Source of the DNA: a bacterium
GTDB taxonomy: Bacteria; UBP14; UBA6098; JAFGQG01
Direction of reading: 5' to 3'
Length of the DNA stretch: 63,753 nucleotides
NCBI GenBank assembly: GCA_016930435.1
Contig: JAFGGQ010000010.1
Location: 1 to 63,753, forward strand
Part shown: piece after piece, positions 53,350 through 62,588 of the stretch
How positions within the stretch are numbered: the first letter of the stretch is position 1
Layout: each line of letters begins with the position of its first letter
The notes under the pieces: generated by a model
What the model was told of the DNA's origin: nothing
Databases searched by the model: none
What the model saw: only the letters and a program-made list of their open reading frames with translations
Position numbers and translations under genes: made by a program

Positions 53350-54368
53350 AATTGAATTCGCTTTCCATCATTCTTAATGGATTTCTGGGAAGCTTCAAGT
53401 ATCCTCACCACTTTCAGACCAGCCTCACCGTCAGCTTCTATTTGGACATCATTGCGAATATAATCGTAAAAAGTATCCACTTCCAGTTTCAGGGCTTCGA
53501 TATTGTCAATCTTGGGTGCATACATATCGCCTGTCCGGTATTGCACCAGTGTTTTGTAGATGCTATCCACATCTCCATTTACGATTTCCACGCCTTTATC
53601 ATAAACCCTGACCTTTTCGGATGGTTCTGTATCGTCAAAGACGATCATTTTTTTGCTTCCCCCGATCAAGGTAGTGCGCACTTTTACAGGGGCCAGCCAG
53701 TTTACATGGATATGGCCGATAAGCTCATTTCCGTAATCAACATAAAGGTACGCTGTATTTTCCAGCCCATTACCGATATGATCAGCCCCAAGAGCGGTTA
53801 CCCCGATAGGATTTACCCCCAATAGATGATTCATGATAGATATATCATGGGGAGCAAGGTCCCAGATAACATTGATATCGTGTTGAAATAAACCCAGATT
53901 CACCCTGACCGAATCAAAGTAGTATATATCTCCTATCTCGCCAGAATCGATTATTTCCTTTATTTTCCGGACTGCCCCGGTATAGATAAAGGTATGATCG
54001 ACCATAATTTTGACCTTATTTTTTGCAGCGATCTCCAGCAGCTCCTCCCCCTCTTTCAGGGAAGAGGTCATGGGCTTTTCAATAAGTATATGCTTACCCG
54101 CTTCTAACGCTGCTTTGGCAATATCATAATGTCTAAAAACCGGGGTACAAATGGCCACCGCTTCAATTCCGGGGTCTTTGATAATATCCCTGTAATCCTC
54201 GCAGAGAAGAACCTCGGGATAGACATCCCTGGCTTTCTGCAGCCTGGCTAAATTTATATCCGAAATGCCCTTTAACCGGAATTTGTTATTTGCAAAGAAA
54301 TTCCGCGCCAGATTGGGCCCCCAGTAACCATAGCCAATAATACCGCAGTTAATAAAATCTTCCTTCAA
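53346..54368 (-). CDS. Gfo/Idh/MocA-family NAD-dependent oxidoreductase (WbpB-like sugar-nucleotide dehydrogenase)
   Basis: 340 aa with the N-terminal Rossmann motif CGIIGYGYWGPNLARNF and the EKP motif (LIEKPM). It has an ATGA overlap with the acetyltransferase gene. Confidence 0.7.
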   Translation of the reverse strand: MKEDFINCGIIGYGYWGPNLARNFFANNKFRLKGISDINLARLQKARDVYPEVLLCEDYRDIIKDPGIEAVAICTPVFRHYDIAKAALEAGKHILIEKPMTSSLKEGEELLEIAAKNKVKIMVDHTFIYTGAVRKIKEIIDSGEIGDIYYFDSVRVNLGLFQHDINVIWDLAPHDISIMNHLLGVNPIGVTALGADHIGNGLENTAYLYVDYGNELIGHIHVNWLAPVKVRTTLIGGSKKMIVFDDTEPSEKVRVYDKGVEIVNGDVDSIYKTLVQYRTGDMYAPKIDNIEALKLEVDTFYDYIRNDVQIEADGEAGLKVVRILEASQKSIKNDGKRIQL

Positions 54369-54378
54369 GTTAACCTCC

Positions 54379-55812
54379 TTAGTAGCCTCCTGTTCCCGCG
54401 AACATTACAGGGAAAGTTTTCATTATCATTTTCACATTCAATTTCAGGGAATTATTATGAACATAGAAAAAGTCCATGAACATGGCCACATCGAACATTG
54501 ATTTGCTCCGGCCATATACTTGCCAGGTCCCGGTCAATCCGGGTTTCACCCTGAACCTTGCCATGTGCCAGGGCTGATAATTCTCCACCTCATAGACCAG
54601 CGGGGGACGAGGCCCAACTAAAGTCATATCCCCCTTTAATACATTGAACAGCTGCGGAAGCTCATCGAGACTCAATTTACGCAGAATACGGCCGATTCCG
54701 GTAATCCTGGACTCATCCACTACCTTGACCGTCCTCTTTCCGTTTATCTCCAAAGAATGCTGGTTTTTAACGTATTTTTTAAATTGCTCTGCCCGTTGTT
54801 CCTGATCATCTTCACCACGCATCGAACGGAATTTATAAAAAGTAAATGGCTTTTGATTATAACCAATCCTAATTTGCTTGAACAATACCGGGCCCCTCGA
54901 AGAAAGCTTTATAAAAATTCCGATTAAAAGTAAAAAGGGTAACAGCAATATGATAGCAAAAGAAGATACCAAAATATCCATAATCCTGGTTAGCATTATT
55001 TTGATAGGTGGTTTTTCCCGATTTTCGAATATTACCAGTTTTTCAGTTCCCATTTTCCCCCAGACACCGGGGAAATTATCGGGTAAGCGATCCAACAGCT
55101 TGGAACGCACCGATACACAACGCCGGAAAGGTACAAGATGGTTAATTTCATTACCCAAATCGATAAAATTGAGCGCCCCGCTGGAGATAACCAATTCCTC
55201 AATTCGATTCTCATTTAATCTTTTACTGAACTCGCTTGCCGCCTGAGCGTCTTGAAGTTTATAGCCATTCACCGGTGTCAACCCCAGAAAGCTGTTCTCG
55301 TTAAAAAAGGTTTTAAATTCCTGGAAATCCTCTCCATTTGTAGAAAGCACCAATACCCTCTTAGGTGTAAGTATCTTGAGATCATAAAGGTAATACAGAA
55401 ATCGGGGAAGCATGAACACCCGAACTAAGGTAAATAAACCAATCTGGAAGACTCCCAGCATTAGAATTACCATTCGACTTTGAATGGCAAAGTATGATTT
55501 GGTAAAAAACTGGATCAGGGCAAAGCAAAGAGTAACCCAGATAATAGAGCCGTTCACCTGGAAAAAATATTTTTTAGTATCGGTAAAATTACGTATATTA
55601 TAAAGGTCTCTGAAATAAAAAGTGGCAATCAGCATGACCGTAAGAAAAATGAAGTTTATCTGGATGGAGTGGGAATTTAGGCTGAAAATTGTTCCAAATC
55701 GAATTGAAATGCTGGCCACAAAAGAAATAAAGATAAGGATGAGGTCCAGTAAAATAGTAATTAATCTGGGTATTTTTTCTTGCATTGTTATTTCAATGGC
55801 ATATATTTGCAC
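54379..55812 (-). CDS. Polyprenyl-phosphate sugar-phosphotransferase (WbaP/EpsB-type priming glycosyltransferase)
   Basis: 477 aa. It has N-terminal TM helices and a C-terminal Bac_transf domain (RIMDILVSSFAIILLLPF..GPVLFKQIRIGYNQKPFTFYKFRSM..DELPQLFNVLKGDMTLVGPRP). The start codon is uncertain (alternative ATG at 55785). Confidence 0.85.
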   Translation of the reverse strand: MQIYAIEITMQEKIPRLITILLDLILIFISFVASISIRFGTIFSLNSHSIQINFIFLTVMLIATFYFRDLYNIRNFTDTKKYFFQVNGSIIWVTLCFALIQFFTKSYFAIQSRMVILMLGVFQIGLFTLVRVFMLPRFLYYLYDLKILTPKRVLVLSTNGEDFQEFKTFFNENSFLGLTPVNGYKLQDAQAASEFSKRLNENRIEELVISSGALNFIDLGNEINHLVPFRRCVSVRSKLLDRLPDNFPGVWGKMGTEKLVIFENREKPPIKIMLTRIMDILVSSFAIILLLPFLLLIGIFIKLSSRGPVLFKQIRIGYNQKPFTFYKFRSMRGEDDQEQRAEQFKKYVKNQHSLEINGKRTVKVVDESRITGIGRILRKLSLDELPQLFNVLKGDMTLVGPRPPLVYEVENYQPWHMARFRVKPGLTGTWQVYGRSKSMFDVAMFMDFFYVHNNSLKLNVKMIMKTFPVMFAGTGGY

Positions 55813-55928
55813 CTATATAAATTAATCTGTAAAAATATTGTTAGCTACCTTTAATGTCAAGAGAAAAATCTATCTGCAAGATCAGCCAGCATCGAAAGCG
55901 TTGGACATCATTAAAATAAGGTGGGATC

Positions 55929-57251
55929 ATGATAAAACCAAGATTATACAGGGGCATGCGTGACCTTAACCCGGAAGAGGCTCAAATCCAGGAAGGGGTG
56001 TTAGATGTTGTTAAATCCATATTTTTGAAGTATGGTTTTATCCCCCTAAAAACTCCAGCCATCGAGTATTTGGACATTCTTGCCGGGAAGTACGGCCCTG
56101 AAAGCGAGAACCTTTTTTATACCTTATCCTACAAGGATGGAAGAACCTTAGCCCTGAGGTATGACCTGACCGTCCCCTTAGCCCGGTTCATAGGAATGAA
56201 CCAGCATCAGTTGCCACGGATCTACAAACGCTATCAAATTCAGAACGTTTGGAGAGCGGAGCGAGCCCAGCCTCAAAAAGGACGGTTCCGGGAATTTCTG
56301 CAATGCGACGTGGATACCGTAGGTACAACATCACTGGTAGCCGATGCTGAGATATTAGCCCTTAGCATCGAATGTCTCAGCAAATTAGGCTTTCAGAATT
56401 ATGTTATTAAACTCAATCATCGCAAACTGCTCAGGGGACTCCTGAATAGCGTTGGTATTGACGCCCAGGGCGAACTGACTGTATGCCGCATTCTTGATAA
56501 ACTGGACAAGATCGGAAGGGCCGGGGTACAGGAGGAATTAACGGGATCCGGACTGAATCAAAAACAAACCGAAAGCATATTCTCCTTTTTTGATCTGTCG
56601 GGTTCCAACAAGGATAAAATAGATTATCTGAAAGAAGAGCTAAACACTGATCTGGTAAATTTAGGGTTAAGGGAACTAAAGGAGGTTTTCGAGTTGCTTA
56701 CCAGCTTTGGGATCCCGTCCGACAAGGTCATTTTCGATACCAGTCTGGCAAGGGGTTTGGATTACTATACCGGTTTGATATTCGAGACGGTCCTTCCCGA
56801 TCATCCTCAGATCGGGAGCCTTACCGGCGGCGGGCGATATGACGATCTGATCGGGATGTTCAGCAACCGGGAGATCCCTGCCGTGGGCACTACCATAGGG
56901 GTGGACCGGATCATTACAGCCCTTAACGCAGTATCTCATAACCCCTTTCAAAAGGCCCAGGGCAGCGTACTGGTCACCGCCCTGGATTCCCAGTTCCAAA
57001 AGGTTTCAATTCAATTAGCAGCCAGCCTGCGCAAACATGGCATCTCGGTAAATCTCTTCCCTGAAAGCGAGGGGATCCGTTTCCAGCTTTCCTATGCCAA
57101 CAAAATGGGTTATCGCTTCGTTATATTGATCGGGGAGGAAGAGGTCAGGAACATGAAATTTACCCTGAAGAATATGACAACCGGTTCCCAGCAGGCTTAC
57201 TCGACCAGCGAACTGATTGAACTTTTCAGGAAGGAGAGTGGACTTAAATGA
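55929..57251 (+). CDS. hisS: Histidyl-tRNA synthetase
   Basis: 440 aa with class II motifs (GMRDLNPEE, RYDLTVPLARF, FREFLQCDVD, GGGRYDDL) and a C-terminal anticodon-binding domain. Confidence 0.93.
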   Translation: MIKPRLYRGMRDLNPEEAQIQEGVLDVVKSIFLKYGFIPLKTPAIEYLDILAGKYGPESENLFYTLSYKDGRTLALRYDLTVPLARFIGMNQHQLPRIYKRYQIQNVWRAERAQPQKGRFREFLQCDVDTVGTTSLVADAEILALSIECLSKLGFQNYVIKLNHRKLLRGLLNSVGIDAQGELTVCRILDKLDKIGRAGVQEELTGSGLNQKQTESIFSFFDLSGSNKDKIDYLKEELNTDLVNLGLRELKEVFELLTSFGIPSDKVIFDTSLARGLDYYTGLIFETVLPDHPQIGSLTGGGRYDDLIGMFSNREIPAVGTTIGVDRIITALNAVSHNPFQKAQGSVLVTALDSQFQKVSIQLAASLRKHGISVNLFPESEGIRFQLSYANKMGYRFVILIGEEEVRNMKFTLKNMTTGSQQAYSTSELIELFRKESGLK

Positions 57252-58762
57252 CGGTAAATATTTCGGGGACCAGCCTGACCATAGAGGAAGTCGTCCGGGT
57301 TGCCAGGCAGGGTGAACCGGTATCGCTGACCGCGGAGGCCAGGCAAAAAGTAAACTTATGCCGGGCTTATCTGGAAGAACTGGTAGAGCGAGGGGAGGCT
57401 ATTTACGGTGTAACTACGGGGATCGGAGAATACGCCCGGGTACCCGTACCCAAGGAACTTGGCGAGGAGCTTCAGAAGCGAATAATCAGAAGTCACTCCG
57501 CCTCGGTAGGCGACCTTCTTGAAGAACAATATACACGAGCCGGGTTACTCCTTCGGTTGAATACCCTGGCTATGGGGTTTTCCGGTGTGCGCCTGGAGTT
57601 GCTCAACTTAATGGTCGAAATGCTGAACAGGAAAGTTTTGCCGGTAGTCTATAACAAAGGTTCAATCGGAGCCAGCGGAGACCTGGTACAACTTGCCCAG
57701 ATGGGAGCGGTAATGATCGGCGAGGGCGAAGCCTTTTATAAGGGTGAAAGGCTTCCCGGCGCCGAAGCTCTTAAACGGGCAGGGTTGGCTCCACTTACCC
57801 TTTCATATAAAGAGGGCTTATCAATAATAAACGGGTCACAGCTGATCACCGCTTTTTGCGCACTCTGCTGTTATGATGTTGGTGTATTGCTGAAAACTGC
57901 ACAGGTAGCCAGCGCATTAACCGTCGATTCATTAGGGTGTAAAGAAGGCCCCTTTGAAGAAGAGCTACACCAGGTAAGGCCATTCCCGGGTCAGCTTAGC
58001 GTTGCCGCCAACATTCGGCAGATCACCCAGGGAACCGAGCTGATGTACAAGCGATCCTACCAGGATGCCTACAGTCTCAGGTGCATCCCCCAGGTGCTGG
58101 GAGCAGTCTATGATACCCTCCAATACGCCCGGAACATTGCTAATACCGAAATAAATTCCGCCGGTGATAATCCACTGCTCTTTCCGGATGCGAAAAAGGT
58201 ACTATCAGGAGGCAACTTTCATGGTGAGCCTATCGCATTTGCCCTGGATTTTCTGGGTATAGCGGTAAGCGAAATAGCCAATCTGGCGGAACGCCATATC
58301 AATCGACTGCTTAATCCCAAACTATCCGGCTTGCCCGATTTTTTGATGGAAGGGAAGGGGTTGAATTCCGGACTTATGCTTCTTCAGTACTCCGCTGCAG
58401 ACCTTGCCTCCGAAAACAAGACACTCGCCCATCCGGGCAGCGTGGACAGCATTCCGGTATCCGCGGACCAGGAAGACCACATGAGTATGGGTGCCACTTC
58501 CGCCCGAACCCTTGTGGAGATCATCAAGAACACCCGGGCAGTCATTGCTATCGAATTGATATGCGGATCTCAAGCCCTGGATTTCACAGATCCCGGGCAA
58601 GCAGGAACGGGTACCCGGGCAGCCTACCAGGCTGTTAGAAAACTGATGCCCTTCCTTAAAGAAGATACCATACTATATCCCTTTATCGAAAAGGTTAATA
58701 AGGCCGTCGCTGAAGGCAATATCCTGAAAAATGTCGAGGAGAAAATCGGCCCTTTGAAATAA
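57248..58762 (+). CDS. hutH: Histidine ammonia-lyase
   Basis: 504 aa with the MIO-forming triad in GSIGASGDL. The selectivity motif RSHSASVG carries the Ser-His of HAL, rather than the His-Leu or Phe-Leu of TAL and PAL. It has an ATGA overlap with hisS. Confidence 0.85.
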   Translation: MTVNISGTSLTIEEVVRVARQGEPVSLTAEARQKVNLCRAYLEELVERGEAIYGVTTGIGEYARVPVPKELGEELQKRIIRSHSASVGDLLEEQYTRAGLLLRLNTLAMGFSGVRLELLNLMVEMLNRKVLPVVYNKGSIGASGDLVQLAQMGAVMIGEGEAFYKGERLPGAEALKRAGLAPLTLSYKEGLSIINGSQLITAFCALCCYDVGVLLKTAQVASALTVDSLGCKEGPFEEELHQVRPFPGQLSVAANIRQITQGTELMYKRSYQDAYSLRCIPQVLGAVYDTLQYARNIANTEINSAGDNPLLFPDAKKVLSGGNFHGEPIAFALDFLGIAVSEIANLAERHINRLLNPKLSGLPDFLMEGKGLNSGLMLLQYSAADLASENKTLAHPGSVDSIPVSADQEDHMSMGATSARTLVEIIKNTRAVIAIELICGSQALDFTDPGQAGTGTRAAYQAVRKLMPFLKEDTILYPFIEKVNKAVAEGNILKNVEEKIGPLK

Positions 58763-58832
58763 TTATTGTCAAATCCGGAACCAGCATTATTTTAGATTTT
58801 GAAAATTATTCACTTATATCAGGGAGGCTGTA

Positions 58833-61169
58833 ATGATGTTTAAGTACTTATGTCGGGTTGTAATCCTAACCTTACTATTGTTCTGCACCTCGCTTCTTGG
58901 CCAGTCATTTACCATGAGCATCAATGTATATAACGATGTTGAGGTCAGCGAGGTGATCTTCGGGACATCCCCTGAGGCTACATCCGGTTACGATTTTATG
59001 CTGGACGTTCCCGCCTTCCCCTTGCCATTCTTCTTCGCATATTCTCAGTTATCGGATACTACTTCTCCCCTCTCCCAACTCCAGACCGATATCCGGAATT
59101 CTTTCGATAGCCCGATAATCTGGGAAATTTATACCGGTTACGCGACAGAGGATACCCTGCGCATGGTCTGGAACCCCTCCATGGTGCCCGGTTTTGCAGT
59201 TCTTAAAATAGGCACTCATGCCCCTGGGGATAGCGTCGAACACTACTATCCTATGGACAGCTTCAGTGTTTTTCGTTACCCCGTCGAGAATGTAGTGCAG
59301 GTCTATTACGATGCGGAGGTAGAGCCCAGCGATGATACCATACCCCCTTATGCCCTCAACTGGGTACCCGAAGACGGTGCTACAGGGGTCTCCGGAGAAA
59401 CCTACATTTCGGTGGACATACTGGATGACAGCTCCGGTGTTAACAGCTCTTCTATCACCCTTACCGTTGATCTCCTTCCCATAACCATGTTGGCCTCAAT
59501 TACTCCTATCCCCGGCGGATACAACATAATTTATGAACCCTTCCTTCCCTTTGGAGCGAACGATACTATCAAAGCCAAAGTAACCGCCTGCGATATGGCG
59601 AGCCCCGCCAACTGTATGGCGGACTCTATAATCTTCTACACCGGTACCGGCGATACGACAGGGTTTTACTATACTGTTCAGGGAACGGTTTATTTAGAGG
59701 GAGCTTCCGAGCCGGACCTTCACGGCAGTGAGGTTTCAGCGATGGACCCCTTTGGCGGGGAAACCTTTACCGACACCACCGACGATTTCGGGGCTTATGA
59801 AATCGGTGGACTGACCTCCGGATATAAACTGATAACAGCCCAGCATACCGGATATGCCCTGGCCGGCTCCCTGGTCTCCGTTACCGGCGACAGAATCCTG
59901 AACTTCAACCTTTCAACCAGCGGTATTCCCGGCGAGGTCGGCATCTCCGGGTTCGTTCTCCTCGCCGACGGGTCCACCATACTGGAAGGAAGCATAGTCA
60001 CCGTTGATTCGCTCAACATAGACACTACGAACAGCGAGGGTTATTATTCCATAAGGGGACTCTCATTGGGAATGCATACTATAAATGTAATGAGGTGGGG
60101 TTATCTTCCCCAGGAACAGTCCGTCCTGCTCTTTGCCGATACTACTTTAAATTTTACCCTGGAATGGGATATTCCACCCCAGATCCTGATCTATGATTTT
60201 GATAATGGTGAGAACTCCATTGATGAAGGCACGGTAGGGTGCGAGATCCCCATCGAGGGCTCACTCACCCGTTTGGCGGTTACCTTTTCGGTTACCCCTC
60301 AGGACGCCGACCTTACAGCTTACGATCTCAGTCTTTATGATGCCGTCTTCCTGATTACGGGGCGGCATGGGGGCGCCGGCAGCCCGGTACCCGACAGCAG
60401 CCTCCAGTACCTCCTTGAATTTATGGACGGAGGCAAGAGCCTTTATTGGGAAGGACCCAATGCCGGTCATGACTATTTCGGCTATCCCGGATTGCGCGGC
60501 GACTTTTTCGAACGATTCGGGGTTAACTGGGAAGCTAACGGGCGACCGGCTACTGAAGGAAACATCCGTACCCTCCACGGCACCGGTGAAATCTTTAACC
60601 CGATCTTCGAAGCCGATTATGACTTTCAATCCCTGGCTGACCATTATAATGATGAGCTGACCGCCGCAGAAGCGTTTATGATCCTGGAATCCCAGGAAGA
60701 TGATCCCGAGCCCCTGGACAGCCCTGGACGGGTAGCCGCATACGATCATACCTACAAAACCATAATCTCCACAGCTTACCTGGGTGGCATCAGCGATGCC
60801 CAGGTAAGGGATTCCGTGCTGGCAAAATACCTTGATTTCCTGGGGATCACTTCCGGAATTAAAACTACTCCCGGGATTAAACCCATTGATTACGGTCTCG
60901 GACAGAACTATCCAAATCCCTTCAATGCATTCACACATATACCATTTTACACGGATCCTTCACATTCGGGAAGAAATTGGAAAACAATAAGCGTTAAGAA
61001 TATCCTGGGACAAACCATCCGAACGCTGCCTTTGACAGGGCTTCAGTCCGGGCTCAATTTCATTACCTGGGATGGCCGTGATGATCAGGGCAACACGGTA
61101 CCAGGCGGCCTGTATTTTTATAAAACCGAAGGGGATAAGGAAGTCAAACAGATGATCTTCCTGAAATAA
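58833..61169 (+). CDS. Secreted multidomain surface protein (778 aa) with T9SS sorting domain, a paralog of the 27-50 kb island genes
   Basis: It has a signal peptide, one module (58905..59309), an Ig-like domain (IPPYALNWVPEDGATGV), CarboxypepD_reg-like repeats, the alpha/beta module (60174..60857) and the CTD. An AGGGAGG Shine-Dalgarno sequence precedes the start. Confidence 0.85.
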   Translation: MMFKYLCRVVILTLLLFCTSLLGQSFTMSINVYNDVEVSEVIFGTSPEATSGYDFMLDVPAFPLPFFFAYSQLSDTTSPLSQLQTDIRNSFDSPIIWEIYTGYATEDTLRMVWNPSMVPGFAVLKIGTHAPGDSVEHYYPMDSFSVFRYPVENVVQVYYDAEVEPSDDTIPPYALNWVPEDGATGVSGETYISVDILDDSSGVNSSSITLTVDLLPITMLASITPIPGGYNIIYEPFLPFGANDTIKAKVTACDMASPANCMADSIIFYTGTGDTTGFYYTVQGTVYLEGASEPDLHGSEVSAMDPFGGETFTDTTDDFGAYEIGGLTSGYKLITAQHTGYALAGSLVSVTGDRILNFNLSTSGIPGEVGISGFVLLADGSTILEGSIVTVDSLNIDTTNSEGYYSIRGLSLGMHTINVMRWGYLPQEQSVLLFADTTLNFTLEWDIPPQILIYDFDNGENSIDEGTVGCEIPIEGSLTRLAVTFSVTPQDADLTAYDLSLYDAVFLITGRHGGAGSPVPDSSLQYLLEFMDGGKSLYWEGPNAGHDYFGYPGLRGDFFERFGVNWEANGRPATEGNIRTLHGTGEIFNPIFEADYDFQSLADHYNDELTAAEAFMILESQEDDPEPLDSPGRVAAYDHTYKTIISTAYLGGISDAQVRDSVLAKYLDFLGITSGIKTTPGIKPIDYGLGQNYPNPFNAFTHIPFYTDPSHSGRNWKTISVKNILGQTIRTLPLTGLQSGLNFITWDGRDDQGNTVPGGLYFYKTEGDKEVKQMIFLK
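60906..61169 (+). other. T9SS type-A C-terminal sorting domain
   Basis: NYPNPFNAFTHIPFYT..ISVKNILGQTI..NFITWDGRDDQGNTVPGGLYFYKTEG..KQMIFLK. Confidence 0.8.
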
Positions 61170-61324
61170 AACCCAAATATCCCGGCCTCAAAATTGAAAT
61201 CAATTCAATGGCCATCAAAATACGAACCGTTGCATTCTTTTCGTTTTACTTGCTTTTATGCCTGCAAGCAATTAGAAAAGCCGAATAAACTGTTTTTTAT
61301 TTCGCTGAAAAGAAACCTGACGGT

Positions 61325-61555
61325 TTAGGTACCCCTTCTTCCCCTGATACTGCGGTGGGATCTTAAAGATTTGGCTTTATTTAGATGACTATCATTCTTT
61401 AAGCGGTCTTGACGGAATCCCTTGATTTTACGCTTGTTGGCTTCCTCGTATTCCAGTTCTTCCTTATGCTGGTCCGATAATTCTTCTACAGAATGGACCT
61501 TGTGGTGGCTCTCTTTGCCTTTAACTTTTGCCACTTTTGCACTGTCATCTGCCAT
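61325..61555 (-). CDS. Hypothetical small, highly charged protein
   Basis: 76 aa, Lys/Glu/His/Arg-rich. It overlaps the nagZ 3' end by 11 nt in the same orientation. There is no recognisable family, so coding status is uncertain. Confidence 0.3.
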   Translation of the reverse strand: MADDSAKVAKVKGKESHHKVHSVEELSDQHKEELEYEEANKRKIKGFRQDRLKNDSHLNKAKSLRSHRSIRGRRGT

Positions 61556-62564
61556 GAAAAAAATCCTCCCTTAGTTTAAGTAATCGGTCTTTTGATTTAA
61601 TAATACCGGATTCTTTAATATTGCCATCATGAACATTACGTTCCAGGGCTTTAAAGCCTTCTTCTTGTAATTGAATATTTCTACAGATGAGAAGTAAATC
61701 ATGACCTGCTTTAAATGAATTCAAAACTGTATCATTAATATTAAAGTTATTACATATTGCCCCCATTGTCAAGTCATCAGTTATTAAAACCCCGTTAAAG
61801 TCCATTTTTTCCCTTAACAAAGCGACTATTTCAGTTGAAAACGTCGCAAGGCCAGTGGTTAAGGAGGGGACCCTGAAATGCGAACTCATGATCAGCTCTA
61901 CCCCTTCAGCTATACAGGCCTCGAAGGGCTTAAAATGGACATTTTCAAAATCATCTAAAGATGTATAAAGTGTAGGCAAGTTAAGATGGGGGTCATCCGG
62001 TTCCGAAAGATCGCCCAATCCGGGGAAATGCTTGGCGCAGCTCAGGCAGCCTCCTTCACGCGTGGCCCGGACCGCAATACGCGAATATTCTGACACCAGG
62101 GTAGCATCCCCTCCAAATGAGCGTTCCCAAAGAATATTTTGTTTTCTTACCACATCAACCACCGGAGCCAGATTGGTGTTTATCCCCAGCCTCCGGAGAT
62201 TAGAGGAAGTATTGTAATAAGCCTCGTATATTTTATTGATATCCCATTCAGTAGCCAGCACACGATTACCCGGAAATACAGGGATGCCCTTGTTTATTCT
62301 GTTTTTTGCCCCTCCCTCCTGATCGATCATTATCAGGGGATGGTCACTCAATTCATTTAGCCGGGAAGTAAGCTGGCAAAGCTGATCCAGATCCCGGATA
62401 TTCCTGGAAAACAGGATGAATCCGCCGGGCCGAACGGCTTCCGCAAATTTTAAAAAATCATAGGGGGGTTCGTACCCTTCAAATCCGAAGACAAAAAACT
62501 GACCTGTATCTTTCATTTCATTTCTTATCTCACGCCAAAACAAATTTACAGAAAAAGGGGGCAT
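61545..62564 (-). CDS. nagZ: Beta-N-acetylhexosaminidase (GH3, NagZ-like)
   Basis: 339 aa with IDQEGG, NLAPVVDV and KHFPGLGD motifs of GH3 NagZ. An alternative start is ATG 62516. Confidence 0.85.
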   Translation of the reverse strand: MPPFSVNLFWREIRNEMKDTGQFFVFGFEGYEPPYDFLKFAEAVRPGGFILFSRNIRDLDQLCQLTSRLNELSDHPLIMIDQEGGAKNRINKGIPVFPGNRVLATEWDINKIYEAYYNTSSNLRRLGINTNLAPVVDVVRKQNILWERSFGGDATLVSEYSRIAVRATREGGCLSCAKHFPGLGDLSEPDDPHLNLPTLYTSLDDFENVHFKPFEACIAEGVELIMSSHFRVPSLTTGLATFSTEIVALLREKMDFNGVLITDDLTMGAICNNFNINDTVLNSFKAGHDLLLICRNIQLQEEGFKALERNVHDGNIKESGIIKSKDRLLKLREDFFHGR

Positions 62565-62588
62565 TTAAGGCATTTGTCAAGTAAAATC

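Noticed and set aside
27006-55812. Could the island be a prophage, an ICE or another recently acquired mobile element?
   Set aside because: There is no integrase, transposase, tRNA, direct repeat or phage gene at either edge. Gene orientation, Shine-Dalgarno usage and promoter motifs look the same as in the flanking housekeeping genes. I cannot compute GC or codon statistics here, so horizontal acquisition is not excluded.
57248-58762. Could hutH instead be a tyrosine or phenylalanine ammonia-lyase, or an aminomutase?
   Set aside because: The selectivity-switch position reads Ser-His (RSHSASVG), as in histidine ammonia-lyases, not His-Leu or Phe-Leu.
60261-60938. A 225-aa minus-strand ORF.
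   Set aside because: It is antisense to the 58833-61169 paralog, whose module and CTD motifs fix the reading frame.
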